Assembly (NCBI GenBank): GCA_051362555.1
Contig: CM120644.1
Location: forward strand, 12,050,567 to 12,114,566
Direction of reading: 5' to 3'
Origin: Lingula anatina
Taxonomy: Eukaryota > Animalia > Brachiopoda
Length of the DNA: 64,000 nt
A program made the position numbers and the translations under genes. This document shows, one piece after another, positions 50,080-64,000 of the stretch. Position 1 is the stretch's first letter, and each line of letters begins with the position of its first letter. The notes beneath the pieces were generated by a model. It was not told where the DNA came from and searched no databases. It saw only the letters and a list, made by a program, of their open reading frames with translations.

Positions 50080-50849
50080 CTAAAAAATAAAGAAAAAAGA
50101 ATTTATTCGTCTGTTTGGTGAAAATTAAGAAGTGAATTCAGATTATTTGTAATAAGTCAGCTGTTTCCTGAAACCAAATGATAACATGAAAAATACATTA
50201 AACAATTTGCTCTCATATGTTTTTCATACCAGCTAGAGATATATACATAATGGTCCACAATTTATTATCATAGCAACTATTATTGTTTCAACTGACCTCA
50301 AATCAAAGTGTTTTTAAATACACTTATATATACACTTATTCTCTCTTAATTATGACCCAAGCTCACACATCACACTTCCAAATTCACAGTCGTTTGTCTT
50401 AAAATTTTACTCAAACTTTCTATATATTATCACTTTCATATGTGTACTTTACAACATCCATCCAAATGTTGCTTTTTATTTATAAAAGCATGAGTTCCAA
50501 AAACACCTCTTCCTTTAACAATAAAGTACAAAAATTCAATCTCATGGTGAAATTTCCCATTATAGTACTTCTAGTATGCCTGCATATAGAAGTCGATCAT
50601 ATCACACTGGTCTTGACATCATTCATATTAAATAAAACAACCCTCATTTACAACAGAACGCAGTGGATAAATCTTATACATATTACACGGTTTGTCTTTG
50701 TGTTGCAGCAGTGCCTGTATATTACACACACATTAAAGTTAAACTCAGTCATGTTCAAGCAGGCCTAAAGTTAAATAGCTTTGTGCAGCCAATAAAAAGT
50801 TCGAAAGACCAAAAAAGAACAGCTTTATGTGTCCAGAGTATACCTTTAT

Positions 50850-51017
50850 CAGGGGCGGATTTAGGCCGTCTTCAGGGTCTTCCAGAAGACTGTCAGATTT
50901 TCAAGTTTACATTGACGGGTATTTAATGTTTTCTGTCGGAAGACGGTCAAAAATGGAGGATGGATCAACATAGATAATTTGGAAGACTGTCAGAAAATAT
51001 CTCTGGATCCGCCCCTG
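50850..51017. mobile_element. 168-bp MITE, copy 2 (5-bp TSD TTTAT)
   Basis: CAGGGGCGGAT...ATCCGCCCCTG flanked by TTTAT on both sides. Confidence 0.85.
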
Positions 51018-54000
51018 TTTATGTAGTAAAAGCTAATTTGAAGTTCAGTGCCTACACTATAGGTGTTCACAGATGAGCAGGTAAAACACTGACAGATACA
51101 CAGAAAACTATACTATACTCAACTGGCAACATAGGTGTAATTTAATAATAAAAAAAATGGCTCTTTTTACGTAGACTTTTCTAACATTGCCTACTCCTGC
51201 AAGAAATATATATCATCTTACATATTTGTATATTAGCTTCTTTTAATGTCACAAGGATTTTTTTAAATCAAGAAATTGCATGATAACAAGTCTTGTGCTT
51301 TGGTATTCTATTTTTCTTGTGCATTCATCCTATTTCCTGTTGCTGTTTTTTTTTTTCTTTGCATGAATCCAAACGAAGAAACTTGTCTTACTCATGCTAC
51401 AATTACGACATCAAGGCTTTTGAAATATCTCAGTGTTACCAACAATTTCATGGATGATATTTTGATAAAGTGTCTAGGATTTTAAAGTACAAGATAAGAT
51501 ACTTTGATTGAGTTAATTTGTTTTGATTGAGTAAAAGTTTGTCCTAATGATGCAAAAGACATACAAGGATTTACTACAAAACTACAGGGGTCACGGTGAC
51601 AGCCCTATTCTTGAATGTCATTATTATCATAAAATACACCAGACTGAGTTAAGGAAGAATTATAACTTACAGCTCTGTACCAGAAAAGATTGTCAGAGAT
51701 CAGAAACCCTTACAGTGCTCAGAGAAAGACAAGACAGGAGAAGCCTTATGTCTAAAGCAAACGTTACCTAGGCAACAATATGTAATCTGACTGGACGGCC
51801 TATGAAACTTAACTACACATTGTATAATAACAATAAACATTATAATGATTATGATAATAAACATTTTATTAATGTCTATTATGAGAGTTCAATAACTGTA
51901 TATACACCGGGTGTACAATTTAAAGTCATCAAGACCTCAAAAATGGGTTAATGTTCACTTTAACACATAAAAGCATTTAAAGGTAACATATACAAAATAT
52001 TTCTTAATAAATTTAAAAACTGATTAATCAATATTATGTGAAAATGGGTAATGAAAGGTTTGCTGCTAAAACAAAGACAGGACCATGTTTAAGTCTGCCA
52101 TTCTCAACACACTTATAACATATTTGGACGATCAGCTCATTCTCTACTAGTAATTAAAAGCATGTGTATTTAAAAATGCCCCAGATCCAAATTTCCTATA
52201 TTTCTACAGACCCTGCAAAGATAACTTTCCTTCACACTGTCAATTTAGACCTTAAAAATAATATAATGCCTCAAATAAAATCTGATGTCAATATTTCCTT
52301 CCCAAATGTACAGGAAGACATGTGGCAGTCTAATAAGTGAAATGCATGGCCAGTCTTTTAGAACTACATAATTTCATTAGAAAATGGTATAACTCATCAA
52401 ATCGAAGTAGAAGGACGGGTCAAGCTGTGATATGCAAGAGGAAAATTTTTTTCTCCTTTTCTTCTTCATTTTTTTTTTCTATTGAGGTAAATTTGATTTG
52501 GCAAGAAAATATAAATCTATAATGCTCTGGAGAGGAATGCTATCTCCATAACATAAGGAGTATGATTACATTACCTTTTTGAGATGTTCCATCCGAGTTG
52601 CTTCTTTACAAGTTACTTTATCACTCACGAACAACATCTGAGATCAGTTGGCTACAAAAACTATCATCTTAATGATAAATGGTGGTCCCTTTCCTTATAT
52701 ATCTACCTAGTACCAACCGCTGCGCAAAATGACTTAGTAGTAATTACAGAATACTATGTTTGTTTTAGAACTCAGCTACAAAAGAAAAAAAAAGTTCTTT
52801 TTTGTTGGTCATGGAAGAAAAAATACAGTTCCTTTTTGTTGATAGTCATCCAGTTCGTGTCTCCATGAAATCTCAGCATCTTGTAATATGACTTAATTGG
52901 TTGTCTTTGAGAATGTTTTTTTCCAAACAATATTGCATTTTCCTTTATGTGCATTCATGTAGTTTACTTCTGCGTGAATTTTTACATCCCAATCCATGTG
53001 ACATATGGCTTGGTTAACATTTCCATCTGCATTCTTCCTTTCTAAAGTTGCTTTTATAGACACTCAACTGACTGTGAAATTCCCTCAGAATGCCTTTGGC
53101 AAATTTGCTTAACTGATTAGCCACAACCTCCCATGCAGAAATAAAATGATCTAGAGCAAATTTACTTGAATGGCTCTAAAATAAATCACGCCCCTACACA
53201 TTATCCAGGTAATCCACAGACAGTGGTCCAACACAGATGTTTGTTAGATGACTCTCTTCCAGTCTGAAATTCACAAGATCTCAAACATGCAATCAGACGA
53301 CCAGATGACTTCACAATGCTGGTTGTATAAAGTCCAGTAGGGGTCCAGCTACCAGAAATACTACACTCTTCACTGAGAAAACCTATAGCCAGCTCCGGTA
53401 TCCAGGGCACATATTTTTATATCCACAAGCCAACGTCTTTCTTGAATCTTTTCGCGCAAAAATTGAAAGACTTCCTCAAAAATAACTCGGGGGAAGTATG
53501 CATCCCAGCCTAAACATTGGACAGTTTAAATTATTCTACATTATATTATCCGTTCGTAGTGTAAAAACATGTGTATGCCTATCCACTCACACTAACAAAA
53601 CACACACAGGAATGCGTGCACAGACACCCATCACATTACATCACATTACATTTCATCGCATCACGTATACCCAACACTGTTTTTGGTTCATCATCTTGCA
53701 CGCAGTGAAACTACAAACTAACGAAGAAGAAATCATTTGAGGAAACATGCACACATTCAGGCACACATTCATGAACACATACAAGCACACACACACACAG
53801 CTACTTAAAAATTTCCAAAAGTTATTCATGAATTAAACCACATGTGCATATGTACACTCACACACACATGCAAACTTCACATACCTAAAATGTAGTTCTG
53901 GTTTTGGTTCATCCTGCAGTGGAACTATAGTGCATCTTTGATACCAGTCATTAAATGTGTCCCACATAAAGAATTCATGATAACAGCCAACACACAGCTG

Positions 54001-55269
54001 TGCTTTCCATGAAATCCTCCCATACCATGCATGGTGTAAAGTACTCCTCCGTCCACACGTCTTGTACATACATGTCTATTTCTTATTAACACAATCTTAA
54101 GCATAGTAACAACCAACTTTGGGATGTCAAATAACATACTGTTCGGTGTGTTATAAAGAGTTTTATATGGACAACAAGACTTTTTGTGGGAGTACTCCAA
54201 CTTACTGACATGACTTAAAGGATCATTCCCAATGAAACTATTGGTCTAGACTATGTATATCGATCCATGATCCCACCTTGGGACTCTCGCTGAATGCAAT
54301 CATTTTAACAGATTAACATGCTTTTTTACATTCGAAATTACCTTTTGGAAGACACAGTATATGCAGTCAGTGAAAGTCCCTTAATTCTTTGTCTGCCTAA
54401 TGTACATGTCATAGCGTAGTAAATAACTGAGTAGAAACATATGTGTTCCACCTGTATCTTAATGTCACATAGAAAACACCTGTGTCAATCTTGTCACCAA
54501 GCTGTCCACTTTGTGGAGGCTTGCTCAGACAAGAATCTTTTAAAACCGATGTAACATGACAGAGAGTCCACCATGATAAAAAGTCCGCTTTCCATTCATT
54601 TGTATAGGTAAGCCACACCCTAGATTTTGACCCACTTAGGTCAGGCTAACCCTAACCATTATAACTATGTGGAGGGCAGACTTTCTGTTACACTGACCCT
54701 CAGTTTAACCAGACATTGGTCCAACTCACACCACCACACTACCAGCAGAAAAGAGGCCTCAATGTCACAATATCATATATGTTAAGCAAATGGTGTGAGT
54801 TGGACTATTTTTCAGTCTAAACAGTCCTTGTCTGAATGCAGTGGATATGCAGGTGAGCAAACAACTACTTCATAAAGCAACATGTATAATGAAGTGCAGC
54901 ATTTGAATAAATAATCTATTGACATATTTCATTAAAATATGTATTATAGTATAAAATTATTTAGAGGAAGTGTGCTTGAATAGATGATCCATTTCCATAC
55001 AGCACTCACCTTAAAACTGTAATATGCAGATTTAAGTGTCTAAGACTTTCATAAATTTTACAATTCAAATATGATCCAATTCTAGAAAAATATAAAAGCA
55101 TATAACTGCTGTGAACCATGCTTCAATGATACAATCTCTATATATGAAACAAATTAATGCACAGAAATTGTAGCTTTCATATGGCATAATGGCTCATAAG
55201 CAGAAGAGAACTATCAAAAGGACACAGTTTCTATCTCTACATTCTCAGCTTTTTGGGCTTCTTTGGGAT

Positions 55270-55810
55270 TCTTCCCATTTGGGAGCCACTCTCCTGACTT
55301 CAAGATTTAATTAGACCAAATATTGCCTAATTATGTCAGTTTTCTGATATGTATAGTTGTTGCATAAGAAAACCTCTCATTTTGGCAATTTTCTACATTG
55401 ACAGATATGTATATGATGTGCACATAAATTAATGCACAGAAATTTTTAATCGAGGAAAATTTGATTTGGCAAGAAAATTTGAATCTTATACACTTTGGGG
55501 AGGAACACAATCTCCCTAACACAAGGAGTATGATCATACATACCTTTGTTTCACAGTATTATGGTTCATAACAGGTAAGAATTGTCAAAAGAACACAGCT
55601 TAATTCTGTCTCAACATCATTTGAACCTGTCAACTCTCCTGGTATCACTGGAAATCTAGCTTCCCATTTGAGTGCTACTCTTCAGTCCTCCCAATTTAAT
55701 TAGACCAAATATTGTCTAATCATATCAGTTTTCCGAGGTATATAGTTGTTGCATAAGAAATCCTCCCATTCTGGCAATGACATATATGTGTAATACATAA
55801 TGTGCACACA
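55270..55810. repeat. Diverged local duplication, about 385-bp period
   Basis: ttcccatttg..atttaattagaccaaatattg..tatagttgttgcataagaaa occurs at about 55272-55390 and again at about 55661-55780. Confidence 0.7.
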
Positions 55811-57486
55811 TACAGCCACTTATATACAGGGTGTCTCAATTATACATTGAACTCATGTGACTGCTATTAACTCTACCATTATAAATTGTAACCTAAATCG
55901 TACATCATTTATAATTCTGGGTTGCCACAAAGAAAGAATGGGATGACTTATACAAAGCTTAAAGCTATAAAGACCAGTGGGCTGAATGGGTTTACCAGTT
56001 TGGCACTGTGCTACATATGTGCATATGCAACGAGAAGTTCTCGAAACAAAAACATTAAAAACATTAATGAAAACCATGCAGTCAGCCAACTCTGTAAAAT
56101 CAGTTGGATCATCTGAATATCAAGATCATTTCAATATCAATCAGAGAGTGTCCACTAACCATCACTGTATGCAAACAAAGCAGTTTTTCACTGATTATGT
56201 TCAGAAAACTTAAAACCTAGTTCTTACAAAACAAAGGCAGTGAACTGGATATACATGTAGCAGCAATCAGACGGTTAAAAAAAAAAAAAAAAAAAAAAAG
56301 AAAGAAATTGGACTGGTCTACGGCTCAAAATGAATAAAGTCACCAAGGAATTAACTGAGTGAAACGCAGACAGGTTTCTGAGAGCCCATAACTGTCATTC
56401 ACATACAATTAGACAGAAAAAGTGAAGATATAATTCTGACATTTAAGCCTTTTTCTGAGGTGCCCATTTACGAAATAAATGAAAAATTGTCCCCTAAAAT
56501 GTTCTAGCTATCTTCACTTGGATCACCCTAAGCTCGACTTCACTTTACAATTAAATGAATTGTCTGCTACAGAAAAAGCTTTAAAGAAAATTGCTACTGT
56601 TGATTAAATCATTACAGCCTTGCACAACAGGGGTAAAAAGCACTGTACTGTGCAGAAAAAAAATGCACAACAAAGCCTGCTGATTGGTCAAATTGGTCAT
56701 GCGTTGTTGGAAATGGGCAGGCCAATTTGGTTTCCTGTGGCAAATGAAAATGCACCGATGCAGCTAATTCAGTTTCGTGTCTGTAATTTTCCAAAAAGAG
56801 AGAAAAAAAATCACAGACTGTATCTGTCCAATTAAGGATAACACTGTCATCTCTCCATTTAGATAACACTGGTTGGTAACGTTACCACAAAGATGCAAAA
56901 CATGCTTTATGTTTCAGAAATGTAATACTATAAAATCCTTTAATGAAAAATGGGATTGTTAACATTTTACAGCAGGCACACACAGACACCATTCTGAAAA
57001 TAAAACATTCCACGCTTTGTTGTATAACCAACATTACAATTGATTCAACTATATTACAGAAGAACTGAGATAAATTTCTCTTCATCTAGACTTACCTTCA
57101 GCTCATAGATAACGCATGTGTGAAGTAGGTCCTCCACTCAGCCACACAATACAACTCACTGATAAGTCTACAAACTACCATATTTGCAATCCCACCGACA
57201 TTTACTCTTTAGGTCTTCCTCAAAGTTCATTGATTTTTTGAGCAATATCTGCCAAGGATAACATATTTACTTGAATGGTGGAACATTTGTGTAGCTAAGT
57301 AAAGATGGACAGTTGTCCAAGCTACTTAGAGAATTAAGACATTGTATGGGATATTTATATTTTCAAAAACTTTGGTTGCCATAATATTTCACATAAATAA
57401 AGTTGTAATTTCCATTATCATAGGAAAGCTAAAAGCCATTATATTTCTTTCTCCATATTCAAAATGAGTGATATACCCTAGAATGA

Positions 57487-57645
57487 CAGGTTCGTAGCCA
57501 GCAATTGCAGAAGTACGTTTTTTGTTTCTGAAAATGTGGACCTTTTGTCATGAAACCTTAGTTTACCTATGTAGATCAAATTTACCCAGAGTGGACCTTT
57601 TCCCAGTAAAGGGGGATTCTTTCGAATGCCCTGGCTTCAGGCCTG
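57487..57645. mobile_element. MITE with CAGG..GTAGCCAG-type TIRs
   Basis: caggttcgtagccag...ctggcttcaggcctg with internal GTGGACCTTTT repeats; flanks aatga/aataa suggest a degenerate 5-bp TSD. Confidence 0.6.
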
Positions 57646-60600
57646 AATAAATTAAATTGTATATTGCTAAAAGTTCCAAGAAGTAACATATCCTCCAACA
57701 ATAACTCTTGGTACCACTTTCATGGAAGTTACCCACCAGTTTCAGACGCTTCAATAATCCAAATGGTTTGGGAAATTAACTGCAGAAGAATTCATAGACA
57801 AAATAGCATATCATCTCTTTACATGTGTTTCACACCTACCCCATGTTTGAAAGTCCTGTTTATTTCAAGTCTATTATATTTGTCAAGAGAACCACATCAT
57901 TTCTTACTGCATAAATCTAACGAAGGCATTCTAATACAATGAATCCATATGACCCATCTAAAGATAACCTCTAACTCGAGCATTCAGAGCCAACATGTAA
58001 GAAATTATTTTTTCCTTATCTTTGACTAAATATTCTCTCAATTTGTGAAGCACTTCAAGGCATTTTCTGTTTGCTCAGTACTCCTGTTCTGGGCTTAGGA
58101 AATAAGCAAGCGCCTGTAGCGTGGGCAGAATTTCCATTTACAGTCAATACTGGGTGGAATCTTATACAGACAGTTATAAATGGGGAAAACAGGATGGCTA
58201 CATCAGTATCACATTACCATATCCACTGGGAATATATGGGAAAGTTTCATAATTGCATTCATATCTATAAAGAAATGGCTGTAGAAGAAGGTAAGGCTGA
58301 CTAAATCAGTAAAAAGAATACACAAAGAAGTTTCTCTATGTGTGTCTATATTGTATATTATATAAATATAACCATGATATTACAGTCCCTGGTGAAAATT
58401 CTACTGGCTACAGGCATGGTACTGGAAATACCAAAAAAAAGACTGAATCACTCCAAGGTACCTCCACACTACTTCCAGAAAAATTATCTTGTATTGATAT
58501 AAAAAGAGGCAATATGCAAATTTATACTGAACCAATTTCACTGACAGGTCTGACATGATAGGAACGGAGCTCCGCCACAGTATCATTTCACTTCCTGCAT
58601 AATGTTTTCACCAACATATTGATCCTAGTGCAGAAACCCCATCACCAATGAATGGGTTCTTTCATCATGGGAACCATTATTGCCACTGCACTCCAAGTCG
58701 CCAATAAATCACCAAATGCATGCATGATCATCGATGTGAATAGGGGACTTTCGTGAAAACACATCTAAAACTTAAGAGAGCGCATTGAGCACATTCACAA
58801 CCTGTGGACTAACTACTCTGCAGATCAAATATGGCCGACCAACTGAAAAGTTGGTTGTGAATGCTCTTTTACACCACAATCATGGTCTGGAAGTATAGTC
58901 CATATTTCCCAATGGTTCTCCATCCTCAATCACACCAATAACGGGAGATGGGTCAAGATCCTCATCTTAGTATTTTCTTTTGATAGGAAATTTTGTTATG
59001 CAAAATAAGGTGATTTGATTTCTGTATCAATTTGAAACACTGTCTGTGCAGACAGCTGGATCCTTTAATAGCAGTAATCAAATAAGAATATGACAAGCTT
59101 GAGATGCACAAAGTGAGAGAGATTTTGTATCTATAAAGCTATTTATTATATACAAGGCTGTAATTACAGACTTGTATGTTTCAGAGCCAATTTGGACCTG
59201 CTACAGCTTCTTCAAATGAAAATCCCCACATATGCCGCCATGTCCCATCTATACCTCAATGGCATTTTGCTTGAAGTTCACCACATGCCCATCACAAATG
59301 TTAGAATAGCTGAGTCTATTAACCATGACTCACATGTCTTTCTACTGAACCACAAAATTCGTAGAAATGGCTCTGTGATTGCCATGGTAGACTCTATTCA
59401 AACTTGTATGGGGGCTTAAACTTGGAAAAAAGCTAAAAATATAAGCATCAGACAAGAAGCTATGGGTACACTGGTACATGTAAAGAGTTAAAAAAATTTC
59501 AAGAATCTCATGAGACAGACCCCCCCCCTTTCCAATAGGTCCAATAGGATACATAAGCATAGCCAACAATTTCAAAGGGGATGGGGGGGTCTTTTTCTGA
59601 AAAGTGGGCATTTCACCATGAAACCTTCATGTACAATACCTACTGCAGTAAATGTTTGAAGAGCTTGATCAGATATATTACTAGTTTGTCACCACACCAA
59701 ATTTACATCAATTGTCTTTCAAACAAACCTATATACTTTTTGTGTATCTATAATCATAAGAAAGGAAATATTAGTCTTCTATTCACCTATTAAATACACA
59801 CAGTATCACAAAATATGGATGTACTGCTATTTATTGTTTTAGACAAGGAGCAACAAGAAAAATGCTTTTTTTTTCTAAAAAAAAGTCTGAGGTATACATT
59901 CTCTCATAATTAAAACAAATCTAATTGTGTTTTAATCATAGAATAAGATACACCAAAGAACTGTTCACAGTGTCATCATGTATTACTGGACACAAATCCA
60001 TACAAATTTTAGCAAAATAAGCATTACCAAATCAATCGACAAAAGTGTCAAGTTAACAGAGATTTAGGTCTTCACATTTTACTAAATTGTGTTGCTCAAC
60101 AAACTGCCAAATGTCAAAGGTTGCAGACAACTCAATTAAGTATGCTATATATAAATACAACATGGGACTATAAATGCATCACCGATTAATTTTTCTAACT
60201 GCTACATTTGGTTCATGTAGCACCTGCGATAATACATACCAGGTCTTGATTCCCATTTCACTGTCCACCCACAACACGCAACTCTATCAATTTATAAACT
60301 CTTTTTCTATTGACGACCTTTTGACCTCCTAAAAGGCCTGGTTTTCACATTTTCTGTGGCTTTGATTGCAGTTATTAGCAATGAATCATATTGTTCTGTG
60401 AAAACCTTCATGTTAATTTGTATGGACAAACTAGCTTGTCGATCGAGTTTGAAAGGAATCAGCACAGCTTTTGTTATCCACGCCACACAAAAAAGTTTTG
60501 TTTTTACCTTGGTGGAATTTTCACAATGTCTCAATCTTTCTGATATATAATTTTAGAATCATTTTTAAAAATACCACTGCGTAGCAGTTTGGTGATTTTA

Positions 60601-61603
60601 ACTGAATAGAATAAACTAAAGGATAGCCTGCTTTTCAAATTTGATGAGACCGCTCAATAGTTATGTTTAACTTTTAAGAATTTAAAATACAACATCTGTA
60701 TCATTACCATAACTGTAAGTTAAATGCCTAACCAAAAAAGTTATGAGTGGATTTTGATAAAATTTGAAAGATTTGTTAAAAAACGGGGGCAACTTGGAAT
60801 TTTTGTGTGTGTGTCTATATATATATATATATATAATGCCATGGTCAGAGGTATTCTGTGTCTAATCAAGTTTAGATGATACTTAAACATTACAGCCAGA
60901 CTATTAAGTTGTCCATCCCCCAAAGTGTTCTGGTAAAAAAATTTAAGGCCAAAGTATACCCCTTGATGTGAAACAGGCCCCAATATGCATCACCTAATGG
61001 AGCGGAGTTGTTGGCTCATTCTAGCATTGAAAATAGCAATGGAAAAGCTGCATTCTGCAAAACAAATAAGTAGATAGAAAACAGCATACGGCCGTAGACG
61101 ATTGTTATACACGGCTATGGTGATGCATAAAAATAAAGCTAATTTCCCAAAAGATCACAATTTGCATGAACCAATGATCTTGTAATATTACAAAGACCAA
61201 ACAGGCATGAAAACAATATTTGTGTTTATGTGTCCATAAAACAAATGTACACATTACACATATGAAACATACTTGTGTTACTGGCAAATACAGCATGTAA
61301 AGAAAGGCAGGACTTATCTATCCTAGTATACCAATGGTCTTCTTTGGCTCTTTCAAAATTTGTATGAAAGACCCTACAACATGTATCAGCCTCGTCAGAT
61401 GCCAGGCGTACTCTTTGTTTCTAAGTGGCAAAGATTTCAAACCAAGGTGTGCCATGGAAAAGCATGTATCCTTGTCTTTGTTAATTTTAATTATTAAAAT
61501 AGCTATAAAGACTGGATCAAGCATGGATTAGTTCGGACCTACTCCAGGTGCCTAGCTGTGTGCTTACAACCAACCCCGCAACTACTATGCCAGTTTGTTA
61601 AGT

Positions 61604-62343
61604 GGCCAGTCACAAATCAGTTGCGATGCGTCGGGGATGGGTAAAACCCAGGAAATTTGAACAAAATCTTGAGACAGATCTCACGATTTTGCACCTGTCT
61701 GAGGCGCTCTCCGGACGCCTGCGGGTTGTCGCAGATTTTTTAGACATCGCCACACCCGTCGCGGTCCCCAACTTTGAACTTAAAATTTTAAGATTGCTCG
61801 CAAGATTTTTCACCCATTTTGGGCATCCCAGACACAATCTCCGATGACCTACGATGCCCTCCGATTAATCGGAGGCGTCCTCCGAATAATCTGAGACTAG
61901 TCGCAATATTCTGTGTGGGATTGGAAAATCAGGTTGAGATTCAATGTCTGCGAGTAGTCTCCGGTGCCCTCCGACTGAATCGGAGGTGCCCTAGGACGAT
62001 TCGTACGCTTTATGTGATCGTCTCCGACGAATCGTACGGTGGAATCATAGTAAATAACCGGATTGCTAAAAGTTTGAGATGCTCTTGCTGCAGGAGGCTG
62101 TGACAGAAGATTTTGAAGATGCCAAGGGGAGGACCAAGGGGAGGAGGCAGATATCATCTCTCGGAGGCTAATGCCACGATTTTTCGACAAAACCGGGTCA
62201 AAATCCTTGAAAAAATCTCAGACAATGTGACTGCTCCACTTTTATTAGGATTATTGCTAGGATTGTTCAAGGATTCTTTATTTTCTACGACGACCCCCGG
62301 CCAAAACTAATCCCCGACAGATCGCCGACATTGTGACTGGGCC
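61604..62343. mobile_element. CpG-rich non-autonomous TIR element (PIF/Harbinger-like ends)
   Basis: GGCCAGTCACAA...TTGTGACTGGGCC termini; sharp rise in GC and CpG content; internal CCGA..AATCGGAGG repeats; no transposase ORF; TSD not clear. Confidence 0.65.
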
Positions 62344-64000
62344 ATAGGGAGCAGGTAGAAGTGGGTTGGTTTCTTTTTGCTAAAGATTTCTTCTTTTTAA
62401 GTGTATATATATCATGAATATGACATGACATGATATGGATTGTTTATAAATACTTAACAAATCATATTTTCTTAAATAAATTCAGCTCATTTTTCAGGAA
62501 TTTCAGGTAATATTTTAGGTACAGTAACTGCTACAAGATATCACATTAGGAAAAAAACAGCACTCTGCTGCAAAAACTTTCGTTTGGAATTTGTAAAAAT
62601 AATAATGATTTGTGTTTCCCAATGTGGATTAAATATAGCTGCAGTAATCTAGTTGTGCAAATTTCAAATATGGATTAATTGATGAACCACTGATATCTCA
62701 AAGTTCAATCCTTCAAGGTTTATAATTCAGAAGGCCATTTGACAGGGCATTAAAGTGATCAATTATGCACATCCATGTGTTTCCTCAATTTACCATTAAT
62801 CCTTTCTCTCTGGTTGCTTCATACTGTGAAAACTATTCAGCGAGCTTGTACTGCAAATTTAAGCACATTAGAAAAAATGCAATGATGAACAGACAGGCAG
62901 AGACAATAGAAACTAAAAATTGACGAGTCAGAGGAATTATCACACATATGAGTCACATATTGCAGTACAAAATACACTAGTGCACCTGAGCAATTTCATA
63001 TCATGAACAATGTTACATGGTCTTAAACCATGAGAAAAACCATTACTGGACTAACTTTCAATTAAGGCATAATGCAATTGTCTCCCCTCATAGGTTTTCC
63101 TATTGTGAGCAGAGGTGTCCTCCATTGTGAAGGTAGGTATCCACCACTGTGAGGGAAGGAAATTGCTTGACCATTTAAGTAGATGTTAGATCATTTTTCA
63201 TCTTAAAAGCAGACTCAGTCCATTTTAAGACTATTGCTAAAGATCTAAAATTGCACTTTAAGACCAAATCAAGCACAATAGTGATAATTACATGTTGTGC
63301 TTTTGCAATGGCTTTCTTTTTAATAGCAATTAATGATTCCGTGTAATTACAGGCACCATAAAATCCAAAGAAAAAGCAGCTCATGGTGATTTCTGGAAAA
63401 AGATGGAAGCAAAGTGGATTAACTTCATATATACACAACAAGGCAGAAAACCTTGAGATCAGAGTCCACTAGAGAACCACAATTAGGTCCCAGGTTCCCA
63501 TGGGAATACTAACACCACTACAAACACTCTAGGTAATGACCTTAATTGCTTCTAGATACAACATGTGAAAGTTGAAAGAAACATGATGCACTAGTACATT
63601 TTGTTGTATTTGTTTTAGTTCAGATCTTCTATACAGCGTTGACATGACTGTACTGAAGTTAAAAGCCAACTGATTTCGAATGTGTCTTAAACTCTGCACG
63701 AAGTATGCACTCAACTCACCATACGCCAGGGAAGACTACTGGAATCAGTGTGTGCAAACTTTTGCCATTCTTCAAGCTGATTCAAAGCCTGTGAGGAGAG
63801 CAGAGAACAGACGGTCTGTGCACAATATTATGCCAATCTATTATAGAATGTGGCAAACCCTTATCTCTTTTATGGTGGTTTTCCCATTCTGTACATATTA
63901 AAGGGTTATTTGTTTCCACTGCAGTTGCGTCCCTTGAGACTAGATTTATACATGTGTGCATCTAAAAATGATTTGGATTATGGAATGAAAAATTGTATGG

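Noticed and set aside
58787-58866. Fold-back gagcacattcacaacc...ggttgtgaatgctc as a pre-miRNA
   Set aside because: Stem of only about 14 bp with a large branched loop; no recognisable mature miRNA.
61602-62310. Cluster of overlapping 65-97 aa ORFs
   Set aside because: A by-product of high GC content inside a TIR element; no recognisable protein motifs.

Overview
AT-rich, intron-rich animal DNA, most likely an invertebrate bilaterian such as a mollusc or other lophotrochozoan (inferred from the repeat types; not proven). Three spliced genes can be assembled by hand with GT-AG introns and consistent phases. (1) The last 11 coding exons of a USP40-like deubiquitinase (+, 99-4399). (2) A complete IGF2BP/Imp gene (+, 8663-29663; 2 RRM + 4 KH + RGG tail, about 588 aa) with a roughly 5.2 kb 3' UTR. 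(3) The last 10 coding exons of PTPRN/IA-2 (-, 50079-38699), which hosts an intronic miR-153 hairpin and continues into a >13.9 kb intron. The most unusual feature is the splicing architecture of IGF2BP: two duplicated 87-nt exons, probably mutually exclusive, each encoding the GxxG-loop half of KH1, with a candidate RNA duplex that loops out the second copy; an internal TATA promoter and first exon that replaces RRM1 with an acidic peptide; and a 33-nt cassette exon in the KH2-KH3 linker. Introns and intergenic DNA carry several non-autonomous DNA transposons (MITEs, a HINE/Helentron-type element, a Kolobok-type element). Most ORFs in the supplied track are spurious or are exon fragments. All calls are by eye, with no database searches run.
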